Source: Mobula hypostoma
Taxonomy: Eukaryota
Direction of reading: 5' to 3'
DNA length: 64,000 nucleotides
Assembly: GCF_963921235.1 (NCBI RefSeq)
Contig: NC_086108.1
Span: forward strand, 45,944,001 to 46,008,000
The notes under the pieces were generated by a model. It saw only the letters and a list, made by a program, of their open reading frames with translations. It was not told the DNA's origin and ran no database searches. A program made the position numbers and the translations under genes. Each line of letters starts with the position of its first letter. Position 1 is the stretch's first letter. Positions 63,894 through 64,000 of the stretch are shown piece after piece.

Positions 63894-64000
63894 AAAATGT
63901 GTCCTTTAGGCAGAACATGATATTGTTACTATTGTTGCAGCCAGCCCACTTTTAGACAGAAAATGGGCTGTAGATGTGGACTGGTTATTCAGAGCTCTTA

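Overview
Eukaryotic, repeat-rich genomic DNA, most likely from a cartilaginous fish such as a ray, skate or shark. That assignment is inferred from the CR1/Penelope/V-SINE repertoire and from a retained, intron-containing ovoA gene. The main host feature is the 3' part of a minus-strand gene. I assembled 12 GT-AG exons between 58448 and 7567 that splice in phase into 521 codons plus a stop. They encode an FGE-sulfatase-like domain followed by a class I SAM methyltransferase-like domain, which is the architecture of OvoA, the ovothiol biosynthesis enzyme. The 5' exons (DinB-like Fe-binding domain) were not found and presumably lie beyond 64000. A short putative terminal exon of an unidentified convergent plus-strand gene lies at about 2384. 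Most of the remainder is transposon-derived: many CR1 LINEs (including a ~12 kb nested stack), Penelope-like elements with minimal hammerhead ribozyme motifs and inverted repeats, a decayed Gypsy element, a solo LTR, Rex1/Babar-like fragments, a Tc1-like element and a V-SINE. Two large minisatellites (42 bp and 49 bp units) arose inside retroelements. TE boundaries without a target-site duplication (TSD) are approximate.
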